A DNA stretch of 32,000 nucleotides from Nonlabens ponticola (GTDB lineage Bacteria; Bacteroidota; Bacteroidia; Flavobacteriales; Flavobacteriaceae): assembly GCF_003966335.1 (NCBI RefSeq), contig NZ_CP034549.1:540001-572000 (forward strand). The letters are read 5' to 3'. Below are positions 18,066 through 26,671 of the stretch, piece after piece. Position 1 is the first letter of the stretch. The number at the start of each line of letters is the position of its first letter. The translations under genes and the position numbers were made by a program. The notes beneath the pieces are model-generated. The model saw nothing but the letters and a program-made list of their open reading frames with translations, did no database searches and was not told the DNA's origin.

Positions 18066-19196
18066 ATGTCTCAGGAAGCAGTCATAGGTCTAGATCACAT
18101 AAAAAATCATTTGAAGAGCACTGTTTCAAATGATCGAGTTGCTCATGCACAACTATTCATAGGTAGCAATGGTTGTGGTGTATTACCACTAGCGCTAGAA
18201 TATGCCAAAAATATTCTTGCTAGCAACGGCGATAAGGATGCCATGAGACGCGTAGAACAATTAGTTCATCCTGATTTACACTTTGTTTTTCCCGTGGCAA
18301 CCACCACAAGGATTACTAGTAAACCAGTATCTGACGACTTTATTCAAGAATGGCGTGCTTTTTATAAGGAACAGCCCTATGGATTATTACAGGACTGGTA
18401 TCAATATGCAGACATTGAGAAGAAATCTTGTGAAATACGAGTGCATGAAGCTGCAGACCTTTCAAGAAAACTGAGTTTGAAATCCTATGAAGGTGGTGCC
18501 AAAATCTGCATTATTTATGGTGCCGATTTCATGAATGTTGCTGCGTCAAACAAACTGCTCAAGATCATCGAGGAGCCGCCAACTGGTACAGTTCTTATTC
18601 TTATCGCTGAAAGCGAAGAGCAGATTCTCAACACCATAAGATCAAGATGCCAAGTGCTTCACGTACCAAAGTTGAGTGCCGCTGATATTTCGCAAGGCTT
18701 ACAAACCCATTATGGAATTGATGCCTCACGAGCAGAAATGATTTCTAGACAAGCAAACGGAAGCTTTAATAAAGCGATCAAATTGTTAAGCAATCATACG
18801 GAAGATAAGGAATTTGAGGAATGGTTTATTTACTGGGTGCGTACAGCCTTTAGTGCTAAAGGAAAGCCCAGCGCTGTTGCCGACCTGATAGCGTGGGCAG
18901 AAAACATTGCTAGTAAAAACCGTGAAGTACAAAAGAGGTTTTTATCCTATTGTTTAGAATTCTTCAGACAAGCCATGCTTACCAATTATAAAGCTGATAC
19001 GGCGGTTTATCTAGAAACCAGTCCCAGTTTTGATCTGAAAAAATTTGCTCCATTTATTGATGGACATCGTATCATTGAGATCACAAAGTCCATTGAAGAT
19101 GCGCTTTATCATATAGATCGTAATGCTAATGGTAAGATCGTAATGACTGATTTGAGCATAGGATTAACTCGAATTCTGCATAAAAAGTCACGATAA
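18066..19196 (+). CDS. holB: DNA polymerase III delta-prime subunit (AAA+ clamp-loader subunit)
   Basis: 376 aa with HAQLFIGSNGCGVLPLALEYAKNIL, KLLKIIEEPP and SRCQVL (sensor motifs). Confidence 0.85.
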   Translation: MSQEAVIGLDHIKNHLKSTVSNDRVAHAQLFIGSNGCGVLPLALEYAKNILASNGDKDAMRRVEQLVHPDLHFVFPVATTTRITSKPVSDDFIQEWRAFYKEQPYGLLQDWYQYADIEKKSCEIRVHEAADLSRKLSLKSYEGGAKICIIYGADFMNVAASNKLLKIIEEPPTGTVLILIAESEEQILNTIRSRCQVLHVPKLSAADISQGLQTHYGIDASRAEMISRQANGSFNKAIKLLSNHTEDKEFEEWFIYWVRTAFSAKGKPSAVADLIAWAENIASKNREVQKRFLSYCLEFFRQAMLTNYKADTAVYLETSPSFDLKKFAPFIDGHRIIEITKSIEDALYHIDRNANGKIVMTDLSIGLTRILHKKSR

Positions 19197-19276
19197 TCGA
19201 TATTTTACATTGAAAGTCTCTTATTTGAAGTCATTTAGCCTAAACCTGACTATTATTGCCACACTAAAATTGAAAA

Positions 19277-19684
19277 ATGGACTTTAACGCGGCTGGTATT
19301 ACCATCCTTCTTTCTTTCTTGCTCTTGACATTTCTCATGTCTGCTTATGAGAAAATGATTGAATGGAGCAAAACGTTAGAGCATTACCAAAAAATGTATT
19401 CAAAAACATTTTTGAAACCCATTATTAAACCTCTTATTGTTTTAATTCTAGGATTTGAAGCAACCGTAAGTACGTTTTGTGGTCTAGGAATCTATGATTT
19501 GATAACGATGGGTAATTATGAATTTGCCTGTTATGGATTTTTTACCGCCTCTTTGCTCTTCTTCATATTTTTATTTGGATTACGCTTGATCAAAGACTAT
19601 CAAGGAACGTCAAGAATTGGGGTTTACTTTTTAATTGCAGTTTTAGGTCTATACTGGGCTCAATTACTTAATTCTATACCTTAA
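19277..19684 (+). CDS. Small 4-TM membrane protein (DoxX-like)
   Basis: 135 aa with four hydrophobic helices. The family assignment is tentative. Confidence 0.45.
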   Translation: MDFNAAGITILLSFLLLTFLMSAYEKMIEWSKTLEHYQKMYSKTFLKPIIKPLIVLILGFEATVSTFCGLGIYDLITMGNYEFACYGFFTASLLFFIFLFGLRLIKDYQGTSRIGVYFLIAVLGLYWAQLLNSIP

Positions 19685-19801
19685 GGAAATAATATAGTTT
19701 TTTACTATTTCAAACTGCACATTGCGATGACTTTAGAGAACGTTTTAGAGCTTTAAATTATCAAACATACACTAAATCCGAAATGGTTCGTCAAAACGCC
19801 T

Positions 19802-20638
19802 CTATTGTGCTTTTTTGAAGATGTAAATATGCGAAGATGCTTGATTGGTGAAAATCGTAGCAATATTTGAAAATAAACCTATGATTCCGCCTATGACTAA
19901 TGGAAGCGGCCATTTTTTATATCGCGCTGATAAAATAGAGACATAGAAACTATCAAGCCACATAACTTTTGTATTGACCAATTCAAACTTACCATCAAAA
20001 ACTGATTGAATACCGTTTTTATCAAAATGCCACAAATGCCTAGGAACATCCCACGCGGCCCAATACTTACCGAATAATTTTGCGTCTAGGGATTTATGAT
20101 TAGGAACCGCAATAATTACATGACCATCTTCCTCTACAATTTTAGATAAATAGTGTAATTGCTCACTTAAATCCTCAACATGCTCTAGGACATGAAACAT
20201 GGTAACCACTCGATAGGATTTTATTTGAGCATCGGGTAGCTCATCCAGCAGCTGAATCCCTTTTTGATAAGCAAACTTTCGCGCAAGCGGGCTAGGCTCA
20301 AAACCAATTGCATCAAATCTATTTTCTCTCAAATAGGAAACTAGCTCACCGTTGCCCGCTCCAATATCTAACATTGGACCTTCTGGCAAGTATTTACTGA
20401 TCAAAGATTTTTTGCTATTAAGATTCCAATTCCTTGCTGTCTTATATAAGCTTGCAAATAATCCTGTGTTAGAGTCGTCATGACTCAAGTATTCATCACT
20501 TTGATAATACTTGTCCAGGTTTGATGGAATAGGCATGGTTTTCAGCAAACCATCAATTGTAGTTTTGACAATATCAAAATGCTCTTGAGTCAAAAAATAA
20601 TCCTGGGTACTGCTATGTAGTTTCTTTTTTTTGCTCAT
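19802..20638 (-). CDS. Class I SAM-dependent methyltransferase
   Basis: 278 aa with motif I MLDIGAGNGELVSYL and a downstream VVTMFHVLEHV. Last gene of the mnmG operon. Confidence 0.8.
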   Translation of the reverse strand: MSKKKKLHSSTQDYFLTQEHFDIVKTTIDGLLKTMPIPSNLDKYYQSDEYLSHDDSNTGLFASLYKTARNWNLNSKKSLISKYLPEGPMLDIGAGNGELVSYLRENRFDAIGFEPSPLARKFAYQKGIQLLDELPDAQIKSYRVVTMFHVLEHVEDLSEQLHYLSKIVEEDGHVIIAVPNHKSLDAKLFGKYWAAWDVPRHLWHFDKNGIQSVFDGKFELVNTKVMWLDSFYVSILSARYKKWPLPLVIGGIIGLFSNIATIFTNQASSHIYIFKKAQ

Positions 20639-20654
20639 TGTTTCACGTGAAACT
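20639..20654. promoter_or_regulatory. parS: parS-like centromere site (15/16 match; inner 14 bp perfect)
   Basis: TGTTTCACGTGAAACt versus consensus TGTTNCACGTGAAACA. It fills the 14-nt gap between the mnmG stop and the methyltransferase start. Confidence 0.7.
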
Positions 20655-22524
20655 ATCGACCCATATGAACCAATAATACAGAAATATCGCTAGGTGAAAC
20701 GCCTGATATACGTGATGCCTGCGAAATGCTTACTGGCTGAACCGCCTTTAATTTTTCTCTAGCTTCAAAACTAATGGACTGTATGTGACTGAAATCAAAG
20801 TTATCTGGAATACGAACGTCTTCTAGCCTATTCAGTTTATCGGCATTCGCTTTTTCTTTAGCAATGTATCCCGCATATTTAACTTGTACCTCTACTTGCT
20901 CTAAGATATCGTCGTCTAAATCATTTTCTTTTAAATATTGATCGACTTGAGAAATAGTGCTTATGTCTTTTAAGTCAATGACTGGCCTTGAGAAAACTTT
21001 AAATAGCTTCGCATTTTGGGTAACTCGAGCACTGCCTTTTTTATCCAATAACTCGTTCATCTCATTAAAATCAAAGCTGGTATCGCGTAAAAATGAGACC
21101 ATTTTATCGGCTTCGCGAGCCTTGCGCTCGACCCTTCGGATTGCTTCTTCGCTAACAGTACCTATTTCGTGGCCCATAGGCGTCAATCTCAAATCTGCAT
21201 TATCCTGGCGCAGCAACGTACGATATTCTGCTCTTGAGGTAAACATACGATAAGGCTCGTCTGTTCCTTTTGTGATAAGGTCATCTATTAACACACCAAT
21301 GTATGCGTCATCACGACGTAGAATGAAGGCTTCTTCTTCTCTGATTTTTCTCACGGCATTAATACCGGCCATCAAGCCTTGTGATGCGGCTTCTTCATAA
21401 CCTGTGGTTCCATTTATCTGACCCGCAAAATAAAGTCCATCGATAATCTTAGTTTCTAACGTGTGTTTGAGTTGCGTCGGTGGGAAATAATCATACTCAA
21501 TGGCATAACCTGGCCTAAAGAATTTGACTTTCTCAAAACCAACTACAGATCGCAGCGCTTTAAATTGCACATCTTCTGGTAGTGAAGTGCTGAATCCATT
21601 TACATAGACCTCTACCGTATCCCAACCTTCTGGTTCAATAAACATCTGGTGTCTGTCCTTACTTGCAAAGCGGTCGATCTTATCCTCGATTGACGGACAA
21701 TAACGTGGACCTATTGATTGAATGCGTCCATTAAACATAGGACTGCGATCAAATCCTTCTCGAAGTAAATCGTGAACCAAAGGACTTGTATAAGTCATGT
21801 GACAGTCGCGCTGATGTTTCAGCTTGCTAGTGCGATTACCATAGCTGAATTTTGACACCTCTACATCACCTGGTTGCGGCACCATCTTAGAGTAATCTAG
21901 CGATCGACCATCCACTCTTGGCGGCGTTCCTGTCTTCATTCTACCAGACTCGAAACCAAGATCAATTAATTGCTCGGTGATTCCGGTACTAGCTCGCTCA
22001 CCAGATCTACCACCACCGAATTGCTTTTCTCCAATATGGATCAATCCATTTAGAAAAGTTCCATTAGTCAGCACTACTGATTTACCTCGTATTTCTAGTC
22101 CCAGAGATGATCTAACGCCGACTACCTTTTCGCCTTCTATAATGAGGCCCGAAACCATTTCTTGATAAAAGTCGAGATTTGGTAAGGCTTCTAACTGTAA
22201 ACGCCACTCCTCAGCAAAACGCATACGGTCATTCTGTGTACGAGGAGACCACATTGCTGGACCTTTGCTTTTATTAAGCATCTTGAATTGGATGGCACTT
22301 TTATCGCTTATAATGCCGCTATATCCACCTAAAGCGTCAATCTCACGTACAATTTGGCCCTTGGCAATACCACCCATCGCAGGATTGCAAGACATTTGCG
22401 CGATTGTTTGGAGGTTCATGGTGACCAATAAAGTACTTGCGCCCATGGTCGCGGCAATAGCAGCTGCCTCGCTTCCTGCGTGGCCTGCACCAACTACTAT
22501 AACGTCATATTCTTCTAAAAACAT
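20653..22524 (-). CDS. mnmG: tRNA uridine 5-carboxymethylaminomethyl modification enzyme MnmG (GidA)
   Basis: 623 aa with YDVIVVGAGHAGSEAA, NPAMGGIAKGQIVREIDALGG and GQINGTTGYEEAASQGLMAGINA. Confidence 0.97.
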   Translation of the reverse strand: MFLEEYDVIVVGAGHAGSEAAAIAATMGASTLLVTMNLQTIAQMSCNPAMGGIAKGQIVREIDALGGYSGIISDKSAIQFKMLNKSKGPAMWSPRTQNDRMRFAEEWRLQLEALPNLDFYQEMVSGLIIEGEKVVGVRSSLGLEIRGKSVVLTNGTFLNGLIHIGEKQFGGGRSGERASTGITEQLIDLGFESGRMKTGTPPRVDGRSLDYSKMVPQPGDVEVSKFSYGNRTSKLKHQRDCHMTYTSPLVHDLLREGFDRSPMFNGRIQSIGPRYCPSIEDKIDRFASKDRHQMFIEPEGWDTVEVYVNGFSTSLPEDVQFKALRSVVGFEKVKFFRPGYAIEYDYFPPTQLKHTLETKIIDGLYFAGQINGTTGYEEAASQGLMAGINAVRKIREEEAFILRRDDAYIGVLIDDLITKGTDEPYRMFTSRAEYRTLLRQDNADLRLTPMGHEIGTVSEEAIRRVERKAREADKMVSFLRDTSFDFNEMNELLDKKGSARVTQNAKLFKVFSRPVIDLKDISTISQVDQYLKENDLDDDILEQVEVQVKYAGYIAKEKANADKLNRLEDVRIPDNFDFSHIQSISFEAREKLKAVQPVSISQASRISGVSPSDISVLLVHMGR

Positions 22525-22525
22525 A

Positions 22526-22945
22526 TCATTGTTTCACGTGAAACATTTGCATCTTCTGCGATTCCAATAGTCTCATTTTGGCAGACTCTTCGTCGGTCTT
22601 ATCTCCATAACCTATCATGTGTAAAAGACCATGAACCATGACTCTTCTTAACTCGTCATCTTGACTGACATTGTAGATGAAAGCATTCTCATTTACACGA
22701 TCCGTAGAAATGTATATCTCGCCTTCCAAAACATCATCTACCGAATAATCAAAAGTGATAATGTCCGTAAAGGTATCATGATTCAAGTGCTGTTGATTAA
22801 TGTCCAACAAGAACTCGTCACTACAAAAAACATAATTCAATGACTTGATAGAGCAATTCTCACTATCTGCAACACGATTCAACCACTCAATGTAATTCTT
22901 CGGAGAGGAGAATTCAAAGTTGTTCTGCGAATCAAACTCAATCAT
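22526..22945 (-). CDS. ybeY: rRNA maturation endoribonuclease YbeY
   Basis: 139 aa with the HGLLHMIGYGD metal-binding motif. 8-nt overlap with the upstream gene and a 1-nt gap to mnmG. Confidence 0.9.
   Translation of the reverse strand: MIEFDSQNNFEFSSPKNYIEWLNRVADSENCSIKSLNYVFCSDEFLLDINQQHLNHDTFTDIITFDYSVDDVLEGEIYISTDRVNENAFIYNVSQDDELRRVMVHGLLHMIGYGDKTDEESAKMRLLESQKMQMFHVKQ
22530..22545. promoter_or_regulatory. parS: parS centromere site (16/16 match to consensus)
   Basis: TGTTTCACGTGAAACA, a perfect 16-bp palindrome. It encodes the last residues of YbeY (M-F-H-V-K-Q) and ends 5 nt before the mnmG ATG. Confidence 0.85.
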
Positions 22946-25900
22946 TGGTTTTGAAATAGGATTTCACCTTACCCTTGTATTGTGGTTGCAAAGGTAATAC
23001 TTGTCTATTGAGTATTTCTTTGTTCTCAAAGTATCTCTGTATAGTGGCATCCAGCTGTGAAGCGGTATTGATATACTGGCGCTGGTTTGCATTTGATTGA
23101 CGTTGCTCGTCCTTTCCTTGTTCAAGGTTTGCATCTTTGAGCTTGAGCAAATCATACAAGATCTCAGACATCTCATTTTGCACATCGCGGTTGAACCCTT
23201 GATCCAGCAACTTACGTTCCACACCTTTCATCTGATCGCGTATCTCATCCACCTTTTGCTGCAAGCCTTCATCAATAATCATATCTTCTAACTGATTGCG
23301 CAATTCTTGTTGTTGTTTGTAAATTTCGTAAATACGCTGACTTTCCTCTTCAGACTCTTGATAAGACTGCTTGTCGCCATTTAAGCCTTCACCAGATCCA
23401 TTCCCATCTCCATTACCTTGACCTGTTGATCCATTAGTACCATTTTGACTTTCGGATCCTTGACCTTGTCCGTTTTCTCCTTGTTGACCTTGCCCAGCCT
23501 GGCCTGGATTTCCTGATTGACCTGCTTGCCCGTTCTCGCCCGATTGACCAGAACCTTGTCCAGATGTGCCTTGACTGCCATGTGATTGCCCTGATCCACT
23601 CGTGCCACTTTCACCTTGCTGGCCTGGTGCGCCACTATTGCCCGGCTTTCCTTCTCCTGGTTTATCACCTTTGCCGTCACCAGGCTTTTCTCCATCGCCA
23701 TCGCCTTCTTTCTCTCCTTCACCTTTTTTTTCACCTAGGCTTTTTTGTTTCTTAATAATATCTGGCAATTGGAATCCAGCGCCTTGACCTCCTTTTTGAG
23801 GTTTACCAGGAATAGCTGGAGAGTTAAGCTGATCAAGCACACCGCTTAACATCGCGGCAAGTGCATTTGCCCCTTTGAGACTTGATTGCTGTGACACCTG
23901 TCCAGCCGGTATATCAAGATCACCCAATCTTTCTAAGGATTTTTCAAGATTGTAGTAGATATCTATCACCTCTTTATTGATCTTCTCACCTACCTCAGGA
24001 TTGCGGGTACTTAACGAAAACAAGCTATCATCCACGTGCTTAAAAACAGTCTCGAGCTCTTTTTGTAAACGCAACGTCTTGCCATAAGATAGGCTATTGG
24101 CGGTGATACTTTTTACCTCATCGAGTAAATCCTCTTGCTCTTGAGAGAAAACAATTAGGTTGTCCAATACCTGACGTAAAGATTCGGCATCCTCTTCCTT
24201 TGCCTCAGCCTCCATGCTTTGCATATCTTTTTGCATCTTGGCAGCTTGCTTTTTCATAAGCTGTGCTGCCTTACTTTGATTGTCTTGTGCATCCTTAGGT
24301 GACGCCTTTTCCAAATCGTCCGTTGCCTGTTGCTGCTCATCCTTGATCTCATCACCATCTTCTGGATAAAAATCGAGATTCATGTCTTGCTTGAGGTCCT
24401 CATTCTCCTTTTCCAGGTCTCTAAGTTCCTGTTCCCATTTCTTGTATTCCTCATTGAGTATCTCTTGCGCTTCCTTAGTATTAGTAGCATCACTTTTTTT
24501 GGATAACTCTTGTTGACGCTGCGCTATTTCTTGTAACTTCTTACCTAATTGCTCGAACTTTTGGGCAACATAATAGCGCTTAGTCAACTCCAACAATTGC
24601 TCTAGACTGCGCTGTTGTTGCTTAGTGTTTTTTTGTGCCTTTTGTAATTCTTCCTGCAATTCTTCTTTGGATATCTTATCCTGATATTCCTCTAGTTGTT
24701 TGAGTAATTCTTCATTCTTTTTGGATTGCTTGACTGATTCTTGCATGCGCTCCTGTAATTGCTTTTTGCGCTCATCCGGCTCTGATGTTTTGTCAAGTTG
24801 CTTGTCTAGTTGTTTAAGTTGCTGCTGTATAGTTTTTTCCTGCTGCTGCTGTTTTTGTAGCGCTTGTTCAAGCTTACGCCTATCACTAAAGGATCTTGAT
24901 CGCTTCTCTATTTGCTCTTGAGACAGATTTTCTAAGGCTTTTTGCTCCTGTTTTTGCTCTTCAAGTGCCTTTTCAAGGCTGGAAAGCGATTGTTTCTGGT
25001 TCTTCAACTGTTCTTCTTGCTCTTGTGGCAATGTGGGCTGTGAGAATGTGAACGTTTGTGATTTTACAGACTTGTAATTGTGGATCGCATCATTGTCGAC
25101 AACTTCAAAATAGAGGCTGTACTCATGACCACGCTCTAATTGTACGTCGCCAGGAAAGCTTGTCAAGAATTGGTGAAAGGCAGCACCGCTGGAGAAGGCA
25201 ATCTTCTTGAGTTGCAATTCCTGTGGTTGATCATTTTTAAAATATACCAGATCAATGGATCTAAGGCCATAATCATCTGCGGCCTGTCCATTAAAATACA
25301 TCACACGCTCCTCGATGGAGTCTCGCTTCATTTCTACCTTTAACTCAGGAAACTCATCTGTGATGACTTCGAGATTAAAGTCCAATTGTTCATAGCCTGA
25401 TACATTCTCGTTGCTAGTACTTACGGTATAGGGTAGGTCGTTAAGTACCGCTTTCGCGAAAGCAAAATCATCACCAACCTTATCAAAATTGATAGCCTCA
25501 TCACCACCCGATTTGTATTGTACCAACTGTGTTGACAGCGCGCCAATGTTCCACGTGACCACGGTTCCCTGCGGTATTATAGCGTTACCGGTGCCGTTGA
25601 TCTTTTCATCTACTTTACCCGTATAATTAGGGTAGTCCAGCATCATGGTAAACTCACTGATGGTAGGAACGCTGTTTACCTGAAGCTTATAATCCATACT
25701 GCGCACATCGTTTGCAGCGATATAGAAATCAATATCATCTTCTGGGCGCTCAAAGTCAAATGTGTACGAGCTAGGCGATATTTGTGTCATGAAATATTCT
25801 TGACCGTCGTATAATATGCTTGCATTCTCTGGGAGCTTGTCACCTGTAACATTTACTTGTAACTGAAAGTTCGTTCCCTGCAGGGTCGATAAATCACCAT

Positions 25901-26501
25901 TGACTACCGTAAAAGTGAATGGCGCTGGTGGAATGTATTCATTAGAATAATCTACTACTCTACTGGCACTAGAGGTTAGCATCTCGTCATTATTGGTAAA
26001 GAAAATGGCTGCAATAATCACTAGCGGTATCGCGAGGTATTTTAAGTACTTCTTGTTACTGCCTAAATCAATGGCTAGTGAAAAAGGTATAGGCTTAAGT
26101 TCTTCACTCTTCTGATTGATACTAGCCCATGTGAGATCGTCATCGCCACCGCTAGAGTGCAACTGCAACACGTTGACCAGCTTGTCAGACACTTCTGGAA
26201 AATAATTGCCAATGATATTACTAGCATCTCTAAAATCGATGCCGCGAGCCAATCGTAGCAAACGCGCCAATGGAATAAAGACAAACTTGATTAAAAGTGC
26301 TAACTCTACAATGATAAACAACCAGAATAAAATGGTTCTTCCCAAGCTGCTGAGCCATAAAAAATGCTCTATTAGCGCGGTCGTGAGAAAATAAAGCAAA
26401 CCAATAGCAAGAAATAACAGCGCACCTCGCAACAGATCATTGAGGTAAAATTTACCTATGAACTTTTCAAGCTTTACCTGTATGATTTCAAAATTGCTCA
26501 A
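22938..26501 (-). CDS. Large membrane-anchored protein with N-terminal TM helices, a beta-rich region, a long K/E/Q coiled coil and a Gly-rich collagen-like segment (possibly DUF4175 family)
   Basis: 1187 aa. TM helices lie within aa ~25-80 and ~155-170. The heptad-like K/E/Q-rich region spans aa ~490-780 and the G-rich region aa ~923-1043. The family name is from memory and unverified. Confidence 0.7.
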   Translation of the reverse strand: MSNFEIIQVKLEKFIGKFYLNDLLRGALLFLAIGLLYFLTTALIEHFLWLSSLGRTILFWLFIIVELALLIKFVFIPLARLLRLARGIDFRDASNIIGNYFPEVSDKLVNVLQLHSSGGDDDLTWASINQKSEELKPIPFSLAIDLGSNKKYLKYLAIPLVIIAAIFFTNNDEMLTSSASRVVDYSNEYIPPAPFTFTVVNGDLSTLQGTNFQLQVNVTGDKLPENASILYDGQEYFMTQISPSSYTFDFERPEDDIDFYIAANDVRSMDYKLQVNSVPTISEFTMMLDYPNYTGKVDEKINGTGNAIIPQGTVVTWNIGALSTQLVQYKSGGDEAINFDKVGDDFAFAKAVLNDLPYTVSTSNENVSGYEQLDFNLEVITDEFPELKVEMKRDSIEERVMYFNGQAADDYGLRSIDLVYFKNDQPQELQLKKIAFSSGAAFHQFLTSFPGDVQLERGHEYSLYFEVVDNDAIHNYKSVKSQTFTFSQPTLPQEQEEQLKNQKQSLSSLEKALEEQKQEQKALENLSQEQIEKRSRSFSDRRKLEQALQKQQQQEKTIQQQLKQLDKQLDKTSEPDERKKQLQERMQESVKQSKKNEELLKQLEEYQDKISKEELQEELQKAQKNTKQQQRSLEQLLELTKRYYVAQKFEQLGKKLQEIAQRQQELSKKSDATNTKEAQEILNEEYKKWEQELRDLEKENEDLKQDMNLDFYPEDGDEIKDEQQQATDDLEKASPKDAQDNQSKAAQLMKKQAAKMQKDMQSMEAEAKEEDAESLRQVLDNLIVFSQEQEDLLDEVKSITANSLSYGKTLRLQKELETVFKHVDDSLFSLSTRNPEVGEKINKEVIDIYYNLEKSLERLGDLDIPAGQVSQQSSLKGANALAAMLSGVLDQLNSPAIPGKPQKGGQGAGFQLPDIIKKQKSLGEKKGEGEKEGDGDGEKPGDGKGDKPGEGKPGNSGAPGQQGESGTSGSGQSHGSQGTSGQGSGQSGENGQAGQSGNPGQAGQGQQGENGQGQGSESQNGTNGSTGQGNGDGNGSGEGLNGDKQSYQESEEESQRIYEIYKQQQELRNQLEDMIIDEGLQQKVDEIRDQMKGVERKLLDQGFNRDVQNEMSEILYDLLKLKDANLEQGKDEQRQSNANQRQYINTASQLDATIQRYFENKEILNRQVLPLQPQYKGKVKSYFKTND
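23373..23735 (-). repeat. Low-complexity Gly-rich, partly G-X-Y (collagen-like) coding repeat inside the 1187-aa CDS
   Basis: The translation reads GEGEKEGDGDGEKPGDGKGDKPGEGKPGNSGAPGQQGESGTSG...GENGQAGQSGNPGQAGQG...GNGDGNGSGEG. Degenerate triplet periodicity at the DNA level opens spurious ORFs in other frames. Confidence 0.8.
25450..25463. repeat. Iterated 14-bp palindrome GCTTTCGCGAAAGC, copy 6 (inside the 1187-aa protein gene)
   Basis: Exact match, encoding AFAKA (DDFAFAKAVLN). Confidence 0.95.
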
Positions 26502-26545
26502 TGGCTAATTGTTGCGTTGTTGATTACTTGTGCATTTAATGACTA

Positions 26546-26553
26546 CAAAGGTA
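26546..26553 (-). promoter_or_regulatory. Bacteroidota -7 promoter box TAccTTTG (minus strand) upstream of the 1187-aa gene operon
   Basis: Plus-strand CAAAGGTA, 44 nt upstream of the ATG at 26501. Confidence 0.4.
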
Positions 26554-26671
26554 ATGACTATCAACCTAGTAGAAGTTCCTATAAATCTGAATCGTCTTGA
26601 GGTTGCAGCATCAAAAGATTTGATTAACAAATTTTTATGGTTTACTTTTAATCCTGCAGTAAATTAAAATT

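Noticed and set aside
20275-20288. ACTTTCGCGCAAGC, which resembles the iterated palindrome.
   Set aside because: It has two mismatches in 14 and is no longer palindromic. It is read in the third frame (L-A-R-K-F). It could be a decayed copy, but I cannot distinguish that from chance.
5197-22570. Many 60-147-aa ORFs antisense to, or out of frame with, the large genes. Examples are 5632-5973, 7107-7289, 9806-10231, 11060-11329, 13414-13857, 15067-15291, 20957-21253 and 22265-22570.
   Set aside because: These are shadow ORFs fully embedded in well-supported CDSs. Their translations are low-complexity or compositionally odd and match no recognisable family.
23381-23787. Three ORFs (23381-23734 on the minus strand; 23564-23755 and 23602-23787 on the plus strand) with repetitive K/V- or P/S-rich translations.
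   Set aside because: They are alternative-frame artefacts of the triplet-periodic Gly-rich coding repeat in the 1187-aa gene.
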